Source: Terriglobia bacterium
Lineage (GTDB): Bacteria > Acidobacteriota > Terriglobia > 20CM-2-55-15
Length of the DNA stretch: 64,000 nt
Direction of reading: 5' to 3'
Assembly (NCBI GenBank): GCA_965198225.1
Contig: CBDAOY010000007.1
Coordinates: forward strand, 990,045-1,054,044
In this document: positions 37,490-45,915 of the stretch, in pieces
Numbering within the stretch: position 1 is the stretch's first letter
How the letters are laid out: the number at the start of each line of letters is the position of its first letter
Program-made: the position numbers and the translations under genes
Notes under the pieces: model-generated
Seen by the model: the letters and a program-made list of their open reading frames with translations, nothing else
Told to the model about the DNA's origin: nothing
Databases searched by the model: none

Positions 37490-38305
37490 CTAATTTCCCC
37501 TCCGAATATAAATATTTCCGTTGAACGTGGTGAGCTGGAACTCCGGTCCGCCGCCGTTGATGTTGCCCGTGATCGTCTTGTCGATTCGGATTCGGCTACG
37601 GTCGCCGCGCGATTCGTCGATGACTTCCTGCGTTCCGCCGGACTGCCGCTCGATCTCGAAGTCGCTGTAGATCTCTCCGTTGTCGGTCTTCATCTTGATC
37701 GTGGCGTTGACGTTGCCGGGGAGCGTGACGTCGATTTCACCGTTGAGGGTACTGAAAGACATCGGTGTGTCGGGGGTGACGCTCGTGAACGTGACCACGA
37801 CCTCGCCGTTCAAAGCGTTCGCGATGGCCGATCCGCCGATGTTCGTCAGCCGTACTGCGCCGTTGGTGTTGTCGACCTCGATCTCGCCGCGAACATCGGA
37901 CACCACGATATCGCCTCCGCTGACCGTGTCCAGCTCCAACGAGGTGTCGAAGGGAACCCGGAGCCTCACGTTCGTGACACGGGACATCGCGCTGCTTTCG
38001 ATCGTCATCACGTTGTTCCGTTCTTCTACTTCCAGCCCGGTCGACAGGTTCGGAATTCGTCGCAGGCCGCGTGCCCTGGGAGGTGCCTCTCGCCGCGATT
38101 CAGAATCCTGCCCGGCGGCCTCGATCACGACGTCGGAACCGTCGTAGCCCTCGACGGTGATCCCTCCCATGAGGATATCGGCGACGACGCGTCCCGGACG
38201 TGATGGGTCGGAAAACGGAAGCGTGATCTGTTCCTGCGCCGCTACGGGCAGCGCCGTGGCGAGGAGCAACGGGATGATCACAGTTGCGAGATTGGCTTTG
38301 TTCAT
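37490..38305 (-). CDS. DUF4097-type beta-strand repeat protein (secreted)
   Basis: Signal peptide MNKANLATVIIPLLLATALPVAAQ. Repeats TNGAVRL, LNGEVVV, LNGEIDV, DNGEIYS, FNGNIYI. Confidence 0.7.
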   Translation of the reverse strand: MNKANLATVIIPLLLATALPVAAQEQITLPFSDPSRPGRVVADILMGGITVEGYDGSDVVIEAAGQDSESRREAPPRARGLRRIPNLSTGLEVEERNNVMTIESSAMSRVTNVRLRVPFDTSLELDTVSGGDIVVSDVRGEIEVDNTNGAVRLTNIGGSAIANALNGEVVVTFTSVTPDTPMSFSTLNGEIDVTLPGNVNATIKMKTDNGEIYSDFEIERQSGGTQEVIDESRGDRSRIRIDKTITGNINGGGPEFQLTTFNGNIYIRRGN

Positions 38306-38360
38306 GGTCTTCTTCCTTCGAGGCAGAATCGCCGCATTCTCCTCTAATCGTGACGAGTGA

Positions 38361-39179
38361 TCACAAGTTCAGTTGATCGAGCCCCCACGCGGCGCGTTCG
38401 CGCACGCTTTCATGGACGGCTCCGTTCTGCCTCAGTTGTTCGAAAACCCCGATAGACCGCTGCTCCCGGATGTCGACCAGAAAATTGATCAATGAGATCT
38501 GGACCAGTGGCGACTCCTGCCGGGCCAGGGAATTCAAAACCCCCTCCCGAACGGAGGGCGTGTCGCTGAATTCCACGAGAGCATCGATGACGGCGAGCCT
38601 CACGTTCACGTTGGGGTCGTAGTTCAGCGTGCTCAACAGGGAAGTCAGGATCTCTTGGTTCGGTCGAGCGATTTGCGAAGTCCAGTTCACGCCACGCAGG
38701 CGCTGGCTGGCCGATTGCTGTTCGAGAAGGGAGAGGGCGACGAGCTGTCTGAGGCTCTGGACTTCTCCCTCCAGAGTGCGCAGGTCCCCGTTCGGAGCCT
38801 CTGTCACCATGAACTGCGTACCAACGACGAGTCCGACGACGAGAAGCGTCAGTGCCGAACCGAGCTGAACCAGCGGTTGGCTGGGCCACCATCCCGCTAT
38901 CCACTCATTGAGAGATTCGTGCCATCGCGGTCCTGGATGGGCGTTGGCCAGGCCTTCCTCGTAAGCCTCCAACATGGCTTCGAAACGGGCTCGAACTTTG
39001 GGTGAAGGTTCCTCCGTCGGGATCGAACCGAGCTTCGTCCAGATGCCCCTGAGGCTATCCGCCTCCTGCTGGCATGCCGAGCAGGTGTTCCAGTGAGTCT
39101 GGAGGGCTGTCTTGGAGAGCTCATCCAGACTATCGGTCAGATAATCGGGGAGTTTTTCTCTTACTTTTGCGCATTCCAT
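38361..39179 (-). CDS. Anti-sigma factor (zf-HC2 N-terminus, one TM segment, HEAT-like repeat C-terminus)
   Basis: MECAKVREKLPDYLTD...HWNTCSACQQE (C-x..-H-x3-C-x2-C). TM segment LVQLGSALTLLVVGLVVG. It overlaps the upstream sigma gene by 19 nt. Confidence 0.7.
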   Translation of the reverse strand: MECAKVREKLPDYLTDSLDELSKTALQTHWNTCSACQQEADSLRGIWTKLGSIPTEEPSPKVRARFEAMLEAYEEGLANAHPGPRWHESLNEWIAGWWPSQPLVQLGSALTLLVVGLVVGTQFMVTEAPNGDLRTLEGEVQSLRQLVALSLLEQQSASQRLRGVNWTSQIARPNQEILTSLLSTLNYDPNVNVRLAVIDALVEFSDTPSVREGVLNSLARQESPLVQISLINFLVDIREQRSIGVFEQLRQNGAVHESVRERAAWGLDQLNL

Positions 39180-39745
39180 GACTTTTTCTCACCTGCAATC
39201 CTGAAATAGACCTTCCTCAGTTCCTGCGTTGCCCGGAAGACTCGAACCTTGACGGTTCCGGTGTCGCAGCCCATGACCTCGCCGATCTGATCGTATTTCA
39301 TGTTCTGAAACCGGCTCAGAATCAACACCTCGCGCTTCTCGTCGGGAAGATCCGCCAGAGCCCGTCGCAACAGCGCGGCCTCCTGCTTTTTCCCAAGGTC
39401 CTCGGGCGCGACCGACGGGCTCATCACCTCCAGCAGCGTGTCTTCGAAGTAGTACTCCCGCTTGTGCTTGTTGAGGTGGTCGATCCGGGCGTTCCGCGCG
39501 ATGTGGTACATCCACGTCGTGAACCGGCTGCTGGCTCGAAACGTAGCACGGTACTTCAGAATCCGGAAGAAGACGTCTTGAACGAGATCCTCGCTCACTT
39601 CGCGGCTGCCGGTCATCCGGATGAAGAAGTCGAACAGCTTCCTGTGATTCCGGTCAAACAGCACCCCCAGCTTGGCCACCTGCCCCTTGCTCACGTCGAG
39701 CATCAGGGCATCATCGCTGACGGAACTGACTTCCTGCGCCTTCAT
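39161..39745 (-). CDS. ECF-type sigma-70 family RNA polymerase sigma factor
   Basis: Region 2 DLVQDVFFRILKY..FTTWMYHIARN. Region 4 VLILSRFQNMKYDQIGEVMGCDTGTVKVRVFRA. Confidence 0.85.
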   Translation of the reverse strand: MKAQEVSSVSDDALMLDVSKGQVAKLGVLFDRNHRKLFDFFIRMTGSREVSEDLVQDVFFRILKYRATFRASSRFTTWMYHIARNARIDHLNKHKREYYFEDTLLEVMSPSVAPEDLGKKQEAALLRRALADLPDEKREVLILSRFQNMKYDQIGEVMGCDTGTVKVRVFRATQELRKVYFRIAGEKKSWNAQK

Positions 39746-40342
39746 TCTTCCGATTCCAATCCTGAAAACCGATCGATTGTCAAAAGGTTACAGAAAACCG
39801 CAACCAAAAGGGGCGATGATTTCAGAGTCGGTTTCAGAAGTTGGAGACCAGGGCTTAAAGGATTGATCACAAGCGTCTTATCGCCTGCCGACAGGCAAGA
39901 TTGCGACGACGTGGACGATGTGCCGAATGGAAAGGGACTTCGCAGTTGTGCAGGGAACGGCTCCAGGCCATAACCGACTTCGATCCAGATCCGGCGTTCC
40001 TCGATCGACGTCAGTATCAGGACACCGTTGTCTTCACCCCGCTGCCCGATGCCCCAGCGTTCGAAAAGACGGTTGGCGAAGTCCGCAATCTCCCCGCCCT
40101 GGAGCGACGGCAGCGTGACGACGGCCACCTGCGGACCGGTCTTCTGCTCGAGCTACGCCAGAAACGGTTCCACCTGACCCCGCTCGGCACTCATCACATT
40201 CGCGAAGTCATTGACGTATCCGCCGGGCTCCAGCTGATTGTGGAGCGCATCGCCCGTCTTGGGCCGAGAGCGGGGTCTGGCCGACGCAGACGGTCAGTGA
40301 CAGGAGCAGGGGCAGGAACAGCTTTGTCGTCGGGCGAAGCAT
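39742..40342 (-). pseudogene. Decayed TPM-domain (YgcG-like) protein gene
   Basis: Own translation. The signal peptide MLRPTTKLFLPLLLSLTVCVG from ATG 40342 is out of frame with the TPM core ..YVNDFANVMSAERGQVEPFLA*LEQKTGPQVAVVTLPSLQGGEIADFANRLFERWGIGQRGEDNGVLILTS..IEVGYGLE. That core contains an in-frame TAG (40155..40153). Similarity is lost after GYGLE. Confidence 0.5.
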
Positions 40343-40390
40343 CGCTCTTCCTATTGTATGCGACAGGGGAGGATGTTGTGATTTCTGGAT

Positions 40391-40422
40391 AAAATAGGGA
40401 CAGACTCCTGTGTCCCTATTTT
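40391..40422. promoter_or_regulatory. Perfect 12-bp-arm palindrome AAAATAGGGACA-N8-TGTCCCTATTTT
   Basis: It sits in the ~100-bp divergent spacer between the TPM pseudogene and the glycosyltransferase gene. It could be an operator or a hairpin. It shares GGGACAG/TGTCCC with the 138-bp repeat family. Confidence 0.4.
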
Positions 40423-40448
40423 ATCGGCAACATTTTGAACCACTTAAA

Positions 40449-41150
40449 ATGCCGGCTATGAAGATCTCTGTCATCATCCCAGCCTACAACGAAGCGGACC
40501 AGATCGGGCTGACACTGGACGCCGTCCACGCCGCAGGCCTTGATGACGTTCTGGTGGTCGACGGCGGCAGTGCCGACGAAACGGTTCTGCACGCACAGGC
40601 CGCCCGGGTGACGACGATGGAGGGTCCCCGGGGAAGGGCGAGCCAGATGAACGCCGGCGCGCGAGTCAGCAGCGGGGAGGTCCTGCTGTTTCTCCACGCC
40701 GACACGCGCCTGCCGCCGGACGCGGGCCGGCTTGTCGAGAACGCCCTCGCGGACGATCGCGTCCTCGGTGGTGCCTTCCACCTGCGATTCGACTCCGGCG
40801 GCTGGCTCATGCGTCTGGTGAGCTTCCAGACCAACGTGCGTTCCTACATTCTCGCCCCCTGGGGGGATCAAGCTCTTTTCGTCCGCCGCACCTTCTTCCT
40901 CGAAACCGAAGGCTACCGGCAATGGCGCTTGATGGAGGACGTCGAAATGGCTCATCGCATCAAGAAGAACGGACGATTCACAATGATCCGGACCCCGGTG
41001 GTGACTTCCGGTCGACGATTTCGCGAGCAAGGCTTCATCCGAAACGGAGTCCGCAACCAGATGCTGATGGCGGCATACTATGCAGGCATTGCGCCGGACC
41101 GCCTGGCTCGATTCTATTCCTATGACCGGCGAACAAGAGAGGAACGCTGA
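40449..41150 (+). CDS. Family-2 glycosyltransferase of the 'rSAM/selenodomain-associated transferase 2' type (TIGR04283-like, by recollection)
   Basis: ISVIIPAYNEA..VVDGGSADET..GRASQMNAGA..LLFLHADTRLP..GGAFHLRFD..WGDQALFVRR..MEDVEMAHRIKK..TSGRRF. Confidence 0.75.
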   Translation: MPAMKISVIIPAYNEADQIGLTLDAVHAAGLDDVLVVDGGSADETVLHAQAARVTTMEGPRGRASQMNAGARVSSGEVLLFLHADTRLPPDAGRLVENALADDRVLGGAFHLRFDSGGWLMRLVSFQTNVRSYILAPWGDQALFVRRTFFLETEGYRQWRLMEDVEMAHRIKKNGRFTMIRTPVVTSGRRFREQGFIRNGVRNQMLMAAYYAGIAPDRLARFYSYDRRTREER

Positions 41151-41830
41151 TGAAGGCGCCGCTGGCGACCTCGCTTGTCATCATGGCCAAGGCGCCACGT
41201 GCCGGCCGCACGAAAACGCGCCTGTTTCCCGCTTTGACCCCTGATGAAGCCGCCGGTTTGTATCGGTCGATGTTGCTGGACACGATCGAGCGGCTCCGTT
41301 CGCTGTCCGGGTTCGAGCTCTGGCTGGCATTCACGCCGGAGGACGAACGGGCCTGGTTCGAGACGAACATCGATCCGCCGATCCCGTTGATGCCTCAGCG
41401 GGGCGACGATCTGGGCCAGCGTATGCACCACATCGTCGAAGACAGGTGCTCCGATGGAGCTGAAGCTGTGCTGCTCGTCGGAACCGACCTGCCCACGCTT
41501 CCCGCCGACTATGTGCGTCAGGCGGCGGATTTACTGCACGAGGACGACAGGGTCGTCCTCGGCCCGACCGAAGACGGGGGCTACTACCTGATCGGATTGT
41601 GCGAGCCGGACATCCGTCTGTTCGAACGAATCGAATGGAGCACGGATTCGGTCTTCCAGCAGACCGTCTGTCAGGCCGAGGCGGCAGGAAAGTCCGTCTC
41701 GACGGTTCCGTCCTGGTTCGACATCGACGAGCCTGCCGACCTCGAACGTCTCCGGAGCGCGCTCGAACACAGCGACGAGCAAACCCATCCCCCGCACACC
41801 GCGAACTTTCTGGCGTGTCTCGGAGGCTAG
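41150..41830 (+). CDS. DUF2064-family transferase of the 'rSAM/selenodomain-associated transferase 1' type (TIGR04282-like, by recollection)
   Basis: VIMAKAPRAGRTKTRL..PQRGDDLGQRM..LVGTDLPTLP..VLGPTEDGGYYLIGL..IEWSTDSV. Its ATG overlaps the upstream TGA by 1 nt. Confidence 0.75.
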   Translation: MKAPLATSLVIMAKAPRAGRTKTRLFPALTPDEAAGLYRSMLLDTIERLRSLSGFELWLAFTPEDERAWFETNIDPPIPLMPQRGDDLGQRMHHIVEDRCSDGAEAVLLVGTDLPTLPADYVRQAADLLHEDDRVVLGPTEDGGYYLIGLCEPDIRLFERIEWSTDSVFQQTVCQAEAAGKSVSTVPSWFDIDEPADLERLRSALEHSDEQTHPPHTANFLACLGG

Positions 41831-41869
41831 ACCATTTCGGGCCGTTCGATCGCGCCATAGCTGGCTCGA

Positions 41870-42514
41870 TCACTCCTCCGCTCCCGAATCTCCTTCAGTT
41901 GCGTCCTCCGTGAACTCCGCCAGCGAACGTCGCGCCATCTGTGTCAGCAGCACGGCGACGATCACGGTAGCACCGAGCCCGAACCAATAGAGGACGGTTT
42001 CTCCGGTCGTGGCCTCGCGTTGACCCGACAACATTTCCGCAATGTTGAAAGCGACGGACCCGATGTAGACGTACATCGCGGTGGCAGGGAACATTCCCAG
42101 AAAAGACGCCAATACATAGTCACGCAGGCGGACCCGCGTCAGGCCCAGCGAATAGTTCAGGAAGACGAAAGGAAAGACGGGCGACAGGCGGAGGAGTGTG
42201 ATCAGCTTGAATCCCGATTCTTCCGCGGCCTGGTTCAGCCGGTCGAGGAACGGCTGATTGCGGATCCGCCGCTCTATCCGGTGGCGGAACGCGGTACGAA
42301 CGAGTAGAAACGCGATCGTCGCGGCCAGGACGCTCACGGGAGAAACCAGAGCCGTTCCGAGAATCGGCCCGTATATGAATCCGGCGATCAGCGTCATCGC
42401 AGAGCCTGGAATCAGGGCGATGGTTGCAACTACGTATATAAGTGCGAAAGCGAGGGGACCGATCCAGCCCAGACCCCGGATCGTTTCGACAGCGATTATG
42501 ATCCAGTCGTCCAT
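41870..42514 (-). CDS. TVP38/TMEM64 (DedA-related, VTT domain) membrane protein
   Basis: PLAFALIYVVATIALIPGSAMTLIAGFIYGP..LRLSPVFPFVFLNYSLGLT. The start is uncertain (ATG 42514 or 42574; the track gives 42679). Confidence 0.8.
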   Translation of the reverse strand: MDDWIIIAVETIRGLGWIGPLAFALIYVVATIALIPGSAMTLIAGFIYGPILGTALVSPVSVLAATIAFLLVRTAFRHRIERRIRNQPFLDRLNQAAEESGFKLITLLRLSPVFPFVFLNYSLGLTRVRLRDYVLASFLGMFPATAMYVYIGSVAFNIAEMLSGQREATTGETVLYWFGLGATVIVAVLLTQMARRSLAEFTEDATEGDSGAEE

Positions 42515-42623
42515 GAGTAAGTGGCCACCAGGCCATATCGCGCATGGCTTGCGCACGAACTCGACGTGGGCCATCGGCGTGAAGAAAGCGCCCGGCTCCA
42601 CAAATGTCGCCGGGTGCGGCCTA

Positions 42624-45077
42624 TCAGCAGCACTCGCCGGGTTCGCAACACTCAACGCTGGACAGCGCCGCGTCAGCATCCTTGGCCATCACCAGGAAAG
42701 ATCCCGCGTAAGGCTCTCGCGACAGTTTCGCAGCGGTATCGGTGCACACCTGGACGGGTTCGTTTCGGGGAAAGAGGTGGCCTTCCTCGTCGACGACCGC
42801 CTTCAGCGGGCCCAGATAGACGGCGCGCTGGCCTTCGAAGTTGCACACTCCGTTCTTCCCGAACTTGAAGCCCTGGATGATCAGCGAGTAGAAACGGTAG
42901 CCTTCGATCTCTTTCCAGAAGGTTTTCTCGACGAGCGACAGGCCGTAGAAACCCACCTGCTCGAGCATGGCGAAGTATTCATCTTCGGTCAGTGCTCCCG
43001 AGACGCACTCTCCCCACAGCCGGGGGTTGGCTTTCATGTGGTGGGGAATCTTCGATTCGGACACCGTGTCGGAGATGATCGCGCGGCCGTGATTCTTCAG
43101 AACCCGCCACATCTGCGAAAGTACGCGGCGTTTATCGGGCGAAAGGTTGATCACGCAGTTGGACGTCACGATATCGGCCTTCTGATCCTCCAGCGGAAGC
43201 TGTTCGAGGTATCCGCGCCGGAATTCGACGACGTCGTACCCGAGGGATTCGGCGACGATGCCCCGATTCCGTTCGGCCCGCTCGATCATTTCCGTCGTCA
43301 TGTCGATGCCGATCACACGACCGCTGGACCCGACGCGCTGTGCCGCGATAAAGCAGTCGATACCGCCTCCCGAACCGAGATCGACGTATGTTTCGCCCGG
43401 CTTGATGTCGGCGAACCGAATCGGGCTGCCGCAGCCGTAGGACACCTCGACGACTTCCTTCGGCAGTGCCCGAAGCTCGGCGGGGTCGTAGGCGGTCGGA
43501 CAGCACAGCGCTTCCTGAGGCTCGACGGCCGCCTGGGCGTAGAACTGGCGGACTTTCTCACGCGATCGTTCCAAGTCGACGGAGAGGACGCACGTGGAAC
43601 GGGATGTGGCGATCTCGAACCCCTCCGCTTCAATGGTTTCCATCTCAGAAAGCGATTCACCCATCGCGGCCACGACGGTCGGGGAATCGTATCCGGATGG
43701 GCCCTCATGGCTCTTGTTCTCAGAGGCGATCTGCTCGATCGCTCGGAGCAGCAGCCATTCGTGAACCTTCGAAAACGGGTCTTTTCCAAGGACGGTGCCG
43801 GAGTAGAAGAATGAATGTTCGACGTCACCGCCGCCGCACACGTAGCGCAGGTAGCATTCCTGACAGTCTTCTTTCGCGATGACGCTGGCTCGGCGCAGCG
43901 CGCGCGCGCGCGCGGATGTTTTCCAGATTTCCGCCAGCGGCTGTTCCTCGACGTTGCCCATAAGCAGTTCGGGGACACCGGCCAGCGCCGCGGAAGGATA
44001 GACGGTGCCGTCCGCGTAGACGCAGCAGCTGCTCGTGGCCGCGACCGACAGGTCCATCTTGACCCCGCGTCGGCCCTGAGCCCTTTCCCGGGCGACCTCG
44101 TAGTTGTCGAGCTCGATTCCCTTCGAAGATGCGTTTTCCAGGTATCGTTCCAGCATCTCGATGATGTCGGCGGTGAACGGACTCTGCATCTGGTCGTCTT
44201 CCAGAGCCCTGCCCTGTTTGTGGTCCCACAGCAGGTGATGACGCCGGACGCCGAGTTTGTCCAGGAACTCCGGGAATCGAGGAAGCGTGTCGAGGTTCGA
44301 GCGAGTCACGACAGTGGACACGGTCGGTTCAAACGCGGCGTCCAGCAGGGCGCCGATGCCTTCGACGGTTCGCTCGAACCCGGATCCGCGGATCGCGTGG
44401 TGGGTCTCGCGGTCGGGTCCGTCGATGCTGACCTGTAGGGCCACGTTGCCGTTCGCGGCGGCTTTGAGATTGGCCAGGGTATCGCCCCGGAAGAACATGG
44501 CGTTGGTCAGGATGACGAGTTCGCTGTCGGTGCAGATGGCCCGAACGATGTCGATCAGGTCGCGCCGTAAGAACGGCTCTCCACCGGTGATGTAAAATTG
44601 CCGAACACCCATCTGTTTCGCGTCGTCGACGATCTTCAGCCATCGATCAGTTGGAAGTCCCTCGATCCCTTTCGGGGAAGAATCCACGAGGCAGTGGGCG
44701 CAAGTCAGGTTGCAGCGGTTCGTCAGGTGCAGCCACATCTCTTGCGGCTCGTGGCGCTCGATCAACGCCCCGCGACCCGGATAGGTCGGGTGCTGGAACG
44801 GCTCGCTTCTCAGGAAGTCGGTCCGCAGTGCATGGTTGAGCAGCGTGCTGACGTCGAGCCAGGCTTCGGCCCAGTCCTTGCCCGCGTGGGACCGGTAGCG
44901 GCCCACAAGGTCCGAGACCCTCCGCTGTCCGTCGATCCAGCCGAGTATTTCGACGCCCGCTCGGTTCGTCACGATCCAGTTTGGCGCCTCGGGGTCGAAC
45001 ATCAGTCCGAATTCTCCGATCAGCCGCTCTTCGTAACGTGGGGGCGCGTGAAGTACCTGTTCAGGCAAGATAGTCAT
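42624..45077 (-). CDS. Fusion protein: PqqD-like N-terminus + radical SAM/SPASM domain + complete ArsM-type As(III) S-adenosylmethionine methyltransferase + Cys-rich tail
   Basis: Radical-SAM motif TNRCNLTCAHC. SPASM-like CCVYADGTVYPS..CQECYLRYVCGGG. ArsM hallmarks VRQFYAQAA..ALCCPTAYD..YGCGSP..VDLGSGGGIDCF..NCVINLSPDK..WGECVSGA, with all four As-binding Cys positions present. Tail VECCEPGECC. A GGAG Shine-Dalgarno precedes the ATG. Confidence 0.85.
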   Translation of the reverse strand: MTILPEQVLHAPPRYEERLIGEFGLMFDPEAPNWIVTNRAGVEILGWIDGQRRVSDLVGRYRSHAGKDWAEAWLDVSTLLNHALRTDFLRSEPFQHPTYPGRGALIERHEPQEMWLHLTNRCNLTCAHCLVDSSPKGIEGLPTDRWLKIVDDAKQMGVRQFYITGGEPFLRRDLIDIVRAICTDSELVILTNAMFFRGDTLANLKAAANGNVALQVSIDGPDRETHHAIRGSGFERTVEGIGALLDAAFEPTVSTVVTRSNLDTLPRFPEFLDKLGVRRHHLLWDHKQGRALEDDQMQSPFTADIIEMLERYLENASSKGIELDNYEVARERAQGRRGVKMDLSVAATSSCCVYADGTVYPSAALAGVPELLMGNVEEQPLAEIWKTSARARALRRASVIAKEDCQECYLRYVCGGGDVEHSFFYSGTVLGKDPFSKVHEWLLLRAIEQIASENKSHEGPSGYDSPTVVAAMGESLSEMETIEAEGFEIATSRSTCVLSVDLERSREKVRQFYAQAAVEPQEALCCPTAYDPAELRALPKEVVEVSYGCGSPIRFADIKPGETYVDLGSGGGIDCFIAAQRVGSSGRVIGIDMTTEMIERAERNRGIVAESLGYDVVEFRRGYLEQLPLEDQKADIVTSNCVINLSPDKRRVLSQMWRVLKNHGRAIISDTVSESKIPHHMKANPRLWGECVSGALTEDEYFAMLEQVGFYGLSLVEKTFWKEIEGYRFYSLIIQGFKFGKNGVCNFEGQRAVYLGPLKAVVDEEGHLFPRNEPVQVCTDTAAKLSREPYAGSFLVMAKDADAALSSVECCEPGECC

Positions 45078-45256
45078 GGGGTGTCTCCTGATTCAATGCG
45101 AAGGGCAAGTTCTCCGAACGAATCATTTGATCGACTTTTCTTCAGCCGATATTGTAAGCGAAGTCACCGAGATGGGAAGGGTAGCGTGGATGTCAAAGAC
45201 GAGAGAGGTGAGGGGCGCCGGCAGACGATGACGCGACCTGCCGGCGTCTGCGCCTT

Positions 45257-45915
45257 ATCCCGGGCGTCGACGCATCTCTTCCCGGGTGATGAATCCATCA
45301 TCGTCCGCGTCGAGGCGGTCGAAGGCCTCAGTCGGTCGGGTCCACTCGTCACGAGAAACCTTGCCGTCGCCGTCTTCATCCATCTGGAGCATCGCGGCTC
45401 CCCGGCCACGTCCGCCTCTGCCCGGGCGGGAGTTCTGCATCTCTTCGAGAGTGATGAAGCCGTCGCCATCGGCGTCCATGGTCTCGAACATCTGCGCGGG
45501 ACCCGGAAACTCCTGCTGCGACACGCGTCCATCGCCATCGCTGTCGAGCCCCTGGAAACGGGCTTGAGGGTCTGCGCCTCTTCCGCCTCTATCCCGGGCG
45601 TCGCCATCTCTTCCCGAATCCATCATCGTCCGCGTCGAGGCGGTCGAAGGCCTCAGTCGGTCGGGTCCACTCGTCACGAGAAACCTTGCCGTCGCCGTCT
45701 TCATCCATCTGGAGCATCGCGGCTCCCCGGCCACGTCCGCCTCTGCCCGGGCGGGAGTTCTGCATCTCTTCGAGAGTGATGAAGCCGTCGCCATCGGCGT
45801 CCATGGTCTCGAACATCTGCGCGGGACCCGGAAACTCCTGCTGCGACACGCGTCCATCGCCATCGCTGTCGAGCCCCTGGAAACGGGCTTGAGGGTCTGC
45901 GCCTCTTCCGCCTCT
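45257..45915. repeat. Tandem direct duplication (334 bp + 325 bp) inside the EF-hand coding region
   Basis: 45257..45590 and 45591..45915 are identical by eye except for a roughly 9-10-nt indel cluster at the start of each unit (..GACGCATCTCTTCCCGGGTGATGAATCC versus ..GCCATCTCTTCCCGAATCC). Confidence 0.85.

Noticed and set aside
40153-40155. In-frame TAG inside the TPM-domain gene, considered as recoding (for example pyrrolysine)
   Set aside because: The same gene also has a frameshift after the signal peptide and loses similarity after GYGLE. Ordinary gene decay is the simpler explanation.
42585-42629. The stop of the rSAM-ArsM fusion is TGA immediately followed by TAG, after ..ECCEPGECC, with a downstream hairpin (GCACCCGGC..GCCGGGCGC). 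I considered a C-terminal ..CC-Sec.
   Set aside because: Tandem stops are common. The hairpin is followed by UUUCUUC and fits an intrinsic terminator at least as well as a SECIS. No homology argument places Sec there. It is only worth re-examining if the genome proves to decode Sec.
45061-45126. 21-codon upstream ORF (MIRSENLPFALNQETPHDYLA) overlapping the start of the PqqD-like/rSAM gene, considered as a possible RiPP precursor
   Set aside because: It has a weak ribosome-binding site, no Cys/Gly/Ser-rich core and no leader-like features. An ORF of this length is expected by chance. I kept it only as something to look at if orthologs conserve it.
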